NCBI GenBank assembly: GCA_964473025.1
Contig: CAYYMZ010000003.1
Span: 1-57,143 of the forward strand
DNA: 57,143 nucleotides
Direction: 5' to 3'
Source: an uncultured Candidatus Saccharibacteria bacterium
GTDB lineage: Bacteria; Patescibacteriota; UBA1384; DTJR01
Of this stretch, positions 1 to 7,891 are shown one piece after another. Made by a program: the position numbers and the translations under genes. The notes under the pieces are model-generated. The model made no database searches and was not told the origin of the DNA. It worked only from the letters and a program-made list of their open reading frames with translations. Positions within the stretch are counted from its first letter, which is position 1. Each line of letters opens with the position of its first letter.

Positions 1-15
1 GGTGGAACGCAAACC
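1..15. repeat. Left arm of a 15-bp perfect inverted repeat (GGTGGAACGCAAACC); the partner is at 430-444
   Basis: The exact reverse complement is found at 430-444. The arm touches the window edge, so it may extend further left. Confidence 0.8.
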
Positions 16-39
16 TAAATAATAAAGAAAAAACCGTGC

Positions 40-170
40 TTTTGAGCGTCGGCCGCGGGTGGGGTTTGTAACGGGCTCGAGGGGTGGTACCCGAGAGTGC
101 ATTGGGTCGGCCATCAAGACACTGAAGCCCCTACCCCTTACAATGTTCTGTGAGCCAGTAGGCTCGCAAA
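40..170 (+). promoter_or_regulatory. GC-rich, hairpin-rich leader upstream of a small ORF; class unknown
   Basis: A local GC-rich stretch sits in AT-rich context. Short hairpins are present, for example GAGCC-AGT-AGGCTC and CTCG..CCCGAG. No known riboswitch signature was recognised. Confidence 0.25.
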
Positions 171-234
171 AAAGATTTATCTTGCCCTCTCTTTTCTGCT
201 AAAATATAAACAAATAATATTATAAGGAGGCCAT

Positions 235-399
235 ATGTCTATCGTAGAAGAAGCAGAATTCAAGGGTAATAAGATGATTGTCTTGAAAAACAGCGAGGAA
301 GATCAGTATCCATTCCAATTCGGTGTAAAAAAAGCCAAACTCGTCATAGAAAATATTGACGCAATTAAGGAATTTGTGGAGAAATACGACAAGTCATAA
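235..399 (+). CDS. Small hypothetical protein (54 aa, MSIVEEAEFKGNKMIVLKNSEEDQYPFQFGVKKAKLVIENIDAIKEFVEKYDKS)
   Basis: ATG lies 4 nt after a strong AAGGAGG site at 224-230. The ORF is below the 60-aa cutoff of the supplied track. A hairpin at 399-416 follows the stop. A faint PC4/YdbC-like flavour is seen but not verified. Confidence 0.45.
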   Translation: MSIVEEAEFKGNKMIVLKNSEEDQYPFQFGVKKAKLVIENIDAIKEFVEKYDKS

Positions 400-429
400 C
401 ACTCAGGTTTGAGTGTGCTTGCGACAGGA

Positions 430-444
430 GGTTTGCGTTCCACC
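430..444. repeat. Right arm of the 15-bp inverted repeat; it can also pair locally with 446-452
   Basis: GGTTTGCGTTCCACC is the reverse complement of 1-15. GGTTTGC (430-436) is also complementary to GCAAACC (446-452). Confidence 0.8.
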
Positions 445-601
445 CGCAAACCGTGTCGAAAAGTACGATAAATAAGATTGCTATATCATATTTTGCTCTA
501 ATGTGTCATACTATTAGTGCAATGTAATCGCAACGAATAGAATAGTCGAGCTATTTGCTACGAGTAAGGTAGTTGCAAAACATCAACTAAAAATTACAAA
601 C

Positions 602-814
602 ATGGAAACTGGAACAATAAAAAGATTGACAGACCGTGGTTTTGGATTCATCTCAATTGAAGGAAAAGAGAAAGATCTCTTTTTTCATTCAAATGAGCTT
701 GTCGACCTCAAGTTCGAAGACTTGAAAGAGGGCGACAAAGTTCAGTTTGAGGTTGGCCAATCCGACAAGGGCGAAAACGCCACCAAGGTTTCGTTAGTTA
801 CCGAAGAGAAATAA
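602..814 (+). CDS. cspA: Cold-shock domain protein (CspA family)
   Basis: 70 aa with the RNP-like GFGFI motif and a long untranslated leader (445-601), as is typical for csp genes. Confidence 0.93.
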   Translation: METGTIKRLTDRGFGFISIEGKEKDLFFHSNELVDLKFEDLKEGDKVQFEVGQSDKGENATKVSLVTEEK

Positions 815-833
815 TTTAAAAATTATTTTTTGA

Positions 834-861
834 CCAAAGACCCCCGCAAGGGGGTCTTTGG
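834..861 (+). terminator. Hairpin terminator after csp
   Basis: CCAAAGACCCCC-GCAA-GGGGGTCTTTGG, a 12-bp stem. The flanking T-run is weak. Confidence 0.65.
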
Positions 862-886
862 GTTAATGTACATTTTAAAAATCGAA

Positions 887-908
887 GGGGGCTGATCGCT
901 CAGCCCCC
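887..908 (-). terminator. Hairpin downstream of the radical SAM gene
   Basis: GGGGGCTGA-TCGC-TCAGCCCCC, 23 nt past the minus-strand stop codon. Confidence 0.55.
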
Positions 909-930
909 GCATAGTTGTTTGGATTCCTCC

Positions 931-2202
931 CTAGAAGGTACCGCGATAGCGGTAAAGGAGATTGGCAACTAACCGAGGACCCAATCTCCTGCGTGTCGTA
1001 GCGTTGCGTCTGATAATGGAAGGGATCGAATAGAACTCTCTTAAAACCCTAGCTCGCCCTTCCGCAAGTTCCTCGGGCGTCATGTGCTTTGGTTGATACA
1101 CCACGTTGCCCATGGTGTACAACCCCCAGTCGTTGCTGAGAATCCGCCCCTCATCGACAAGCTGTTGACGCGTCAAAGTTCCCGGAAAGGGCGTAAGCGC
1201 AGAAAACTGCGCCAAGGCAAGTTTGTTGCGCTCCGCAAATTCCAGCGTATCTGCAAAGACGCTCGGGCCATCCTCGTCCAGACCCAGAACAAAGGAACCG
1301 ACAATCTCGATGCCAGCTCTGTGGATAGTGCGGATGGCTACCTCCATATCGAGTCCGATGTTGGGGACCTTGTGAGTAGCACTCAAGTTTTCCTGTGAGA
1401 CCGATTCAATCCCCACAAACATGGCATAGCAACCGCTTAAGGCCAAAAGACGCAGAAGCTCAGGATCTTTGGCCATGTCCAGGGTGGCTTGGCCGACCCA
1501 TTTCAGCTTGAGAGGGATCATGGCCTCAAGGAGCTCCTTAGCTCTAAACGGATTGCCGGGGAAATTGTCATCAATGAACCCAACTCGTTTACCTCTAAGG
1601 GTTCTTAGCTCTGCGATCACCTCAGGAATAGGCCGGAAACGATACTTCCGACCCGCTACTTTCCAAACAGAGCAGAAGGAGCAGGCGTTCGGACAGCCAC
1701 GGGCTGTCTGCACGATATTGGTGGTGAAATAGCGATCCTGATGTAGAAGCTCGCGGCGCGGAACAGGCAAATTGACGAGATCGCAAAACACATCGTGTTG
1801 ATAGCGGGGCTTGAGATGACCGGCAGCGAAGTCCTCGAGGAGAGTCTTCCAAACAGGCTCGGCCTCGCCGACCACCACAGTATCGGCATGTTGCCCCGCT
1901 TCATCCGGCATGATGGTGGGGTGAATCCCACCGAGCACTACCGGGATGCCCCCTGCGCGGAAGGCATCGGCGATCTCATACGCCCTCGGTGACGAGGCGG
2001 TCATGCAGCTGATTGCCACCAAATCCGCTAAGATATTGGTGTCCACTGGCTCGACGTTCTCGTCAATTAGCAGTATCTCGAATTCCGGTGGGGTTAATGC
2101 AGCCAATAAGGCCAGGACTAGCGGTGACGCGAGTATTTTGCCGCCTGCCCGCCAGCCAGTTTCCCAAGCAGGGAAAATGATGACGATCCTTGGTTTTGCC
2201 AA
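931..2202 (-). CDS. B12-binding-domain radical SAM protein (class B-like)
   Basis: 423 aa with an N-terminal cobalamin-binding-like fold and a CPNACSFCS (CxxxCxxC) cluster motif. The gene is visibly more GC-rich than its neighbours. Confidence 0.88.
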   Translation of the reverse strand: MAKPRIVIIFPAWETGWRAGGKILASPLVLALLAALTPPEFEILLIDENVEPVDTNILADLVAISCMTASSPRAYEIADAFRAGGIPVVLGGIHPTIMPDEAGQHADTVVVGEAEPVWKTLLEDFAAGHLKPRYQHDVFCDLVNLPVPRRELLHQDRYFTTNIVQTARGCPNACSFCSVWKVAGRKYRFRPIPEVIAELRTLRGKRVGFIDDNFPGNPFRAKELLEAMIPLKLKWVGQATLDMAKDPELLRLLALSGCYAMFVGIESVSQENLSATHKVPNIGLDMEVAIRTIHRAGIEIVGSFVLGLDEDGPSVFADTLEFAERNKLALAQFSALTPFPGTLTRQQLVDEGRILSNDWGLYTMGNVVYQPKHMTPEELAEGRARVLREFYSIPSIIRRNATTRRRLGPRLVANLLYRYRGTF

Positions 2203-2396
2203 TTATCTCTCCTCCTTTTCTCCTGAATCTAGTTTCGGCTCGATTCTGGTTTTCAACTTACACGACAAGACTATCCAAGACATTGTCGGCACGTTTGCAC
2301 CTATTATTACAAATTACTCCGTTATAATCAAGTTTATAGAATTAATCAAAAAATTATTTTTTTAAATCTTTAGCGAGCTGCTGCTCGCGTAACATT

Positions 2397-2940
2397 TTAA
2401 GGGTTGCCTACTCTTGAAGATAAATAAGCGAGCTTGTAGCCCGCATGTCATTGCAAAGGTAAGGGGGCCTAGTTTCGAAGCAGCCCCCTTACCCTATGCA
2501 CGAACCCAACCCCCTCACGACTTATGGTCTATGAAAATTTTATTCTTTCTAATTCAAGAAACGTCAACAAGTTTGTGACACTTGAATTGAAGCGATAAAA
2601 TTTTCATCTGATTAAGTCACGGCTCAAATTATCATTTTCGCCTTGTCTCGCTTTTTGCCGCTTGGGCAAAAAGCGAAATGAATCCGCATTGTTTTTCAGG
2701 AAGTAAAATCAAGTTTTCCGCTTAATTGATGAGTGATTTATACCGATGACGCTAGGTCCGGATAAATCATGAAATCCATAGAAAGGAAAAGCTTGATTTT
2801 ACGCTCCTAGAAAATCGTGCCAGGGGGTTGGAGCATGCGAGGATAGGGGGACCGCCTCGAAACAGGTCCCCCTATCCTCGCAATCCACGGCAAGCTTTAG
2901 CTTGCCCCAAATCTCAAGCCGCAGGCTTGCTGTCCCTTAA
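2397..2940. other. 545-nt ORF-free region of nested perfect palindromes (large structured RNA or DNA-level element)
   Basis: The closing pair is 2397-2403/2934-2940. Long-range pairs are 2506-2515/2822-2831, 2531-2543/2595-2607 and 2703-2719/2785-2802. Local hairpins are 2458-2493, 2648-2676, 2837-2881, 2889-2906 and 2915-2929. Confidence 0.6.
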
Positions 2941-2971
2941 CAATTAATAATTATAAATAAATTTATCCACC

Positions 2972-3017
2972 AAAAAAACGCCTCACCCGAAGGGCAAAGG
3001 CGCTTTTTTGTTTTTTT
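2972..3017. terminator. Bidirectional intrinsic terminator
   Basis: The hairpin at 2979-3002 (CGCCT..CCC-GAA-GGG..AGGCG) is flanked by an A-run on its left and T-runs on its right. Confidence 0.7.
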
Positions 3018-3023
3018 ACTAAT

Positions 3024-3188
3024 TTACTCGGCTTTTTTTCCGAGAATCTTACACATTTTGCAGCCGCATGTTGTGCAAATACCTTTTAACATCTGGCGGC
3101 CGTTTTTCATCGTAACTTCCTCGGTGTCCTTCATCTCTCTCTTCTCCTTACACCTCATACAACGTCCTGTCATTGGTTCGTCTGCCAT
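3024..3188 (-). CDS. Small zinc-ribbon protein, DUF5679-like (54 aa)
   Basis: My own translation is MADEPMTGRCMRCKEKREMKDTEEVTMKNGRQMLKGICTTCGCKMCKILGKKAE. It has a CxxC...CxxC pattern and is followed by the terminator above. The track's plus-strand ORF 3058-3243 is its antisense shadow. Confidence 0.6.
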   Translation of the reverse strand: MADEPMTGRCMRCKEKREMKDTEEVTMKNGRQMLKGICTTCGCKMCKILGKKAE

Positions 3189-3325
3189 GCGTTCTCCTTT
3201 TGTTATTTACCTTTGCTACAGCTATCATTATACTCCCGCCTGAGTAGGCGTCAACACCCAAGGGGGCTAATTTAAAAAATCTCTCAGTGATATAATATAA
3301 ATGCAAAATAAATTAGGGGGATATT

Positions 3326-3787
3326 ATGGATAATAAGAAAATCGCAATTATCATATTGGCTATCATTGCATTTCTATTGGCAATATTGTTTGTGTGGGTA
3401 ATTTTTCTAAATAATGCCCTGAAGGAGAAAATCGAGAGTCAAAACACCGTTACTCCTACTGTTACCATTACATCAACCGCCACGGTAGCATCAAAAACTG
3501 ATGATGAGTTAATCCGCGAGGCCTTAATTAATGACCTTTCATTTGATCCCGCCACCATTAGCGTTTCAATCAGCAAGAAATCGGATGCAGCTGCTTACGG
3601 TACGGTTGGGGTTGAGAATGAGCCCGGCGGAGGATGGTTTGTTGCCGTCAAGGAGGGAGATATCTGGAAAATAATTGACAGCGGCAATGGCACTATCGAT
3701 TGCACGCTTCTGGATCAGTACTCCGTTCCAAATACAGTTGTTGAGGAGTGCTATAACAACGTGACGGGCGAGGGTGTTACGAGATAG
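3326..3787 (+). CDS. Membrane-anchored hypothetical protein
   Basis: 153 aa with an N-terminal TM helix (IAIIILAIIAFLLAILFVWVIFL). A GGGGG/AGGGGG site lies upstream. Confidence 0.7.
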   Translation: MDNKKIAIIILAIIAFLLAILFVWVIFLNNALKEKIESQNTVTPTVTITSTATVASKTDDELIREALINDLSFDPATISVSISKKSDAAAYGTVGVENEPGGGWFVAVKEGDIWKIIDSGNGTIDCTLLDQYSVPNTVVEECYNNVTGEGVTR

Positions 3788-4189
3788 CTAACGTCTTAAT
3801 TTTATTGTTCTAGGCAGTTCTTGAATGCTTCAGAACCGTTTTCTTCCAAGTAAGTGCAAAAAGGGATTTTGTAGAGAAAATAGAGGAAACGGAATATAAA
3901 GTAACAGTCCGCAAAGTGCCAGAGAAGGGGAGGCGAATGCGGCGATTATAAATCTTTTATCTGACTTTTTGGATGCTTTTGGCATAAAACTGTATCGAAA
4001 ATTCATGTTGATACCTTATAGTTTTTTGGCTATATTAATCTAAGAATAATAAATGGAATACTTTGTCACGATAAAAGGTTTTTTGAGCATCAATAAAATT
4101 ATGCGCGAACACAAAACTGGCGTGGGTGGGTGCGAGTGGACCCACATTAAAAGAGCCGATGGCGCGGCCGTTAATTAAGAGATCTAAAC

Positions 4190-4381
4190 CTATTCTTCCT
4201 CGACCGTAATTGCCTCAACCGGGCAGGCCTCAGCGACTTCGTCGAGATTGCAATCAGTACATTTGTTTGGTTTAAAGTGACTGATGCCATTTTTTATTTC
4301 AAAACATTCACCACAAAGCGAAGCACAGGTACCGCAACCAATACACTTTGCCTCGTCAACTTTCGCCTTTTTTTGTGCCAT
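4190..4381 (-). CDS. 4Fe-4S ferredoxin
   Basis: CIGCGTCASLC and CPVEAI cluster motifs. I moved the start to the internal ATG (MAQKKAKV...), because the track's N-terminal extension overlaps the divergent gene. Confidence 0.85.
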   Translation of the reverse strand: MAQKKAKVDEAKCIGCGTCASLCGECFEIKNGISHFKPNKCTDCNLDEVAEACPVEAITVEEE

Positions 4382-4450
4382 ATTAATCCTTTGCAAAATT
4401 ACTATACCATAATTGATTATATGGGTGAAAGCTGGTAATTTAGACATACG

Positions 4451-4711
4451 ATGAAACTTAAGGCGCACAATAAGATTTTGGGCACGCACAGTGAAATAGA
4501 TAAATTTTTACTAGTACCTAAAAAACTTTGGGATGAGTTCGGGGAAGGGGAGATTGGCGTTTCGATAAATGGCAAAAGGGTTAAAATTAGAGTTTACGAT
4601 ATTTTGTGTGACTGTGTCGGGGAGGAACACCATCACCGCTTGATTGACTTAAGACAGGTTTGGGACGATTTAAAAATATCCGATGGCGATAACGTAATAA
4701 TAGAAAAATGA
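4451..4711 (+). CDS. Hypothetical protein (86 aa)
   Basis: ORF with an ATGA overlap to the next gene. No family was recognised. Confidence 0.5.
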   Translation: MKLKAHNKILGTHSEIDKFLLVPKKLWDEFGEGEIGVSINGKRVKIRVYDILCDCVGEEHHHRLIDLRQVWDDLKISDGDNVIIEK

Positions 4712-6207
4712 TTGAAAAGGTTTTGGTAATTGTTTACAAGATAAAAGGGGACCAGCCCTTGTTTTTTATTGGGTGCAGACCCAAAACCGGCTTGTGCCAG
4801 CCGATTACCGGACACAAAGACGAGGGTGACAAGGATGTTGCCGAAACCGTAAGGCGTGAAGTTGGGGAAGAAATAGGCGTCAGCGACTATCGCAATTTTA
4901 TTAATTTGAAAGAAAAATTTAACTGGAAGAAAGAGAGCGGTGAGACGGTTGAAGAATCTGTCTTTGCTGTTGAAGTAGAAGACAAGCCACTCAAAATCGA
5001 GAAGAGGGAATTCGCCGCTTATGAATTTTTGCCTGTGGATGACGCGATAAAAAAAGTTAAGTTTGAAAGCCACGGAAAGTATTTGAAAAAAGTAGCCGAA
5101 GTTATCCGCACTAAAAATTATCCAAAGATTTTTGCAATTATCGGGCCAGGAGGATCGGGTAAGGGAACGATCATTGAGGGCGTAACCAGTCAATATGGCG
5201 AATACGTAAGAGGTGCAGCTACAGCCACAACCCGTCCAAAGAAAAAACCAGGGGAAGTCGCGAAATACAGAATTTTTCTAACCGAGAATGAATTTAAGAA
5301 TTTGGACAAGGAAGGCAAGTTAATTGAAAAAAATTTCTTTAAAGGCAATTGGTATGGCGCCCCAAAAGAAGAAGTTTACAAAATATTGGGAAAAGGGAAA
5401 AATGTAATAATTGAGGTTGACCTAAACGGACTTAAGTCATTCAGAAAAGTTTTTAGTAATGTTGTTTCAATATTTATTGACGCCCACACCGATGTTTTCA
5501 GGCAAAGAATGACTAAGCGCGGGATGGAAACACCCGAGGAAATCAAAGAAAGGATGAAAATTACCGAATGGGAGTTGCAAAATAAGCATTTATGCGATTA
5601 TATAATTGAGAACAGGGAGGGAAAGCCGCAAGAAGCGGTGAAAGAGGTTATAAAAATAATCGAGGGTAAAAGGAGCAATATGAAAAATCCAACAACAATA
5701 ATTATCTTTATCGTTTTAATCGGCTTAGTTCTGGGAGGAATTCTACTTTCCTCGCCGCCAAAAAGCCAAGCGCCAACAACCAGCGATAGCCAAACGAAGA
5801 CAAACAAAGATATCCTTGGACAATTTGAGGGTTTTAATGAGTACAGCTATGAAATCCAAAAACAGGACGGGAAACCAGTTGTATATTTATTTTCAACCAC
5901 AACTTGCCCCCACTGCGAGTGGATAAAAGATACGTTTGATAAATGGGCGAAAGAAAATAGCGATAAAATCGTTGCTTATCATTGGCAGCTTGATAACGGA
6001 GATAATACTTTAACAGAAGAAACAGAAATAGCGGCGCCACAGGAAGCCGAAGAGATTTTTGCAAAGTTTAATCCGGAAAGATCTGTGCCGACATTTGTAT
6101 TTGGCGGTAAATACGAAAGAGTTGGTAATGCATTTGAGCAAGAAGGAGATTTAAACAAGGAAGTAGAAATCTACAACAAAGTGGTTAATAAGTTGCTTGG
6201 CAACTAA
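4708..6207 (+). CDS. gmk: Nudix hydrolase / guanylate kinase / TM helix / thioredoxin-fold ORF (single open frame)
   Basis: Nudix box GHKDEGDKDVAETVRREVGEEIGV. P-loop GPGGSGKGT plus ATTRP, typical of Gmk. TM helix IIIFIVLIGLVLGGILL. CPHC thioredoxin motif. An internal ATG at 5680 has its own AAGGAG site. Confidence 0.8.
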   Translation: MIEKVLVIVYKIKGDQPLFFIGCRPKTGLCQPITGHKDEGDKDVAETVRREVGEEIGVSDYRNFINLKEKFNWKKESGETVEESVFAVEVEDKPLKIEKREFAAYEFLPVDDAIKKVKFESHGKYLKKVAEVIRTKNYPKIFAIIGPGGSGKGTIIEGVTSQYGEYVRGAATATTRPKKKPGEVAKYRIFLTENEFKNLDKEGKLIEKNFFKGNWYGAPKEEVYKILGKGKNVIIEVDLNGLKSFRKVFSNVVSIFIDAHTDVFRQRMTKRGMETPEEIKERMKITEWELQNKHLCDYIIENREGKPQEAVKEVIKIIEGKRSNMKNPTTIIIFIVLIGLVLGGILLSSPPKSQAPTTSDSQTKTNKDILGQFEGFNEYSYEIQKQDGKPVVYLFSTTTCPHCEWIKDTFDKWAKENSDKIVAYHWQLDNGDNTLTEETEIAAPQEAEEIFAKFNPERSVPTFVFGGKYERVGNAFEQEGDLNKEVEIYNKVVNKLLGN

Positions 6208-6767
6208 TGAAGATTCTTCTGGCCAGCGATCTTCACGGCCAGAAGCGCTGTCTTATTTCGCTGCGGGAGATTATCGAAAAACATCATCCCGATAGTTTGA
6301 TTTGCGCAGGTGACATAACTCAATACGACGAAATAGCATATCTTGAGGAATTTCTCTCGATAATTAAAGAACACAAAATTGAAGGATATCTGATCTGGGG
6401 AAATAATGACCGCGAAGAGGTTCGGAAGATGATCGCAAACTCACCATACAGCATTCACCTGAAACAAAGAATGTTGGGTAAGTGGAAAATTTTCGGAATT
6501 TCTGAAATTGACGATATCCCTGTAATCGAACCCGAAAGCATAAACGGAGCGATCTTAGTGACACACCGGCCTCCGCAGATTGAAGCCCTTAAAACAGTTC
6601 ACCGGTCAGCGCCCAGATACCACATTTCCGGACACATTCACCATAGGGCCGTGAAAACAGTTTACCCGGCTACAACTTTGATTCAAATACCGTCCTTGAT
6701 GCTCTCTAGGTACGGCCTTTTTGAACCAGACAACGCAGATGTGAAATATTATATCCTCAAAGTGTGA
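6207..6767 (+). CDS. Calcineurin-like metallophosphoesterase (YfcE-like)
   Basis: Motifs DLHG, GDITQ, GNND, HRPP and GHIH. Confidence 0.8.
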   Translation: MKILLASDLHGQKRCLISLREIIEKHHPDSLICAGDITQYDEIAYLEEFLSIIKEHKIEGYLIWGNNDREEVRKMIANSPYSIHLKQRMLGKWKIFGISEIDDIPVIEPESINGAILVTHRPPQIEALKTVHRSAPRYHISGHIHHRAVKTVYPATTLIQIPSLMLSRYGLFEPDNADVKYYILKV

Positions 6768-6780
6768 TAAAATAAGGTTG

Positions 6781-7746
6781 ATGGGAAATGTCTCAATAAT
6801 TTGTATTGGTGATTCTTCGTGCGATAAGATTCTCGAGATTGATCCGGGTGATGCCGGCCTTCTTTGCAACCTTAAGTCGCATAAGTGCGAGATTACTTTT
6901 AACTATGGCGAAAAGATACCCGTTAAGGCAATCCACGAGGGATTTGGCGGAAGCGCCCTAAATTGCGCCTTGGGTTTTGAAAAAATTGGCTTGCAAACAA
7001 AGATCTCAACTTTTGTAGGCAATGATGAGGCGGGCAAGAATATAATCCGTTTTCTGCATGAGAACAAAATCGATCTTGATCTAGTCAGTGTTCAGGGAGA
7101 AACTAATCAATCTTCGATTGTCAGCTTTCAGGGAGAGAGAACTGTTTTCTCATATCACGCAAAAAGAAATTATGATGAGGTTCAAAGTGAGAAGACCGAC
7201 TGGATTTATTTGTCCTCCGCAGGAGCAGGCAGTGACGCATATCAAGACAAAGTCGTGCAATTTAACGAGCGGGGAGCAAAAATTGCTTTCAATCCTGGGT
7301 CGTGGCAACTAAATAACTTCTCGCGTTTTTCAAAAATTATAAAAGTATGCGATGTTCTGATCTTGAACCGCCCAGAAGCGGATTTAATCATTGGCGAGGA
7401 AGATAAGGTTAAATCACAGCTTCAAAAGATGAATGAAATGGGTGCAAAAATCGCCGTCATCACAGACGGCAAAAACGGGGCGTATCTTGGAGCAAACGGT
7501 CATTATCTTCATATTAACGCTCTTACCGCCAAGGCAGTTGATTCGACTGGAGCAGGAGACAGTTTTTCGGCTGGATTTGTCGGCTCTATTGCCCTCGGTA
7601 ACTCTCTTGAAGAATCGGCCAAATGGGGTATGGTAAATTCAGGCAGCGTAATTGAACAGTTTGGCGCAAACAAAGGGCTTTTAGACGGAGATGAAATTTC
7701 GAAAAGAGTAGAATCTATCAAATCATTTAAAATGACTCTGATATAA
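6781..7746 (+). CDS. PfkB-family carbohydrate kinase
   Basis: DSTGAGDSFSAGF ribokinase-family signature. ATG at 6781 is preferred over the TTG at 6778. Confidence 0.85.
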   Translation: MGNVSIICIGDSSCDKILEIDPGDAGLLCNLKSHKCEITFNYGEKIPVKAIHEGFGGSALNCALGFEKIGLQTKISTFVGNDEAGKNIIRFLHENKIDLDLVSVQGETNQSSIVSFQGERTVFSYHAKRNYDEVQSEKTDWIYLSSAGAGSDAYQDKVVQFNERGAKIAFNPGSWQLNNFSRFSKIIKVCDVLILNRPEADLIIGEEDKVKSQLQKMNEMGAKIAVITDGKNGAYLGANGHYLHINALTAKAVDSTGAGDSFSAGFVGSIALGNSLEESAKWGMVNSGSVIEQFGANKGLLDGDEISKRVESIKSFKMTLI

Positions 7747-7891
7747 TAGCGCCAGGTAGTAGAAATTTGATAAATATAAATATTTTATAGATAAAAAGTA
7801 TAAAAATGTTTGGAAAAGTAAAACTTATTTGAAATAATTACTGGTAGTGGGTTGAAATAAAATAATCAAATTTTCACTACCTGGGAGAGAT

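Noticed and set aside
2203-2940. A cobalamin riboswitch upstream of the B12-binding radical SAM gene.
   Set aside because: No B12-box-like GCCACTG core or other cobalamin riboswitch signature is visible on the minus strand. The structured region is about 195 nt from the start codon and much larger than that riboswitch.
2961-2972. A DnaA-box-like sequence, TTATCCACC, as a possible replication origin.
   Set aside because: It is a single imperfect box with no cluster, no dnaA or dnaN nearby and no AT-rich unwinding element pattern.
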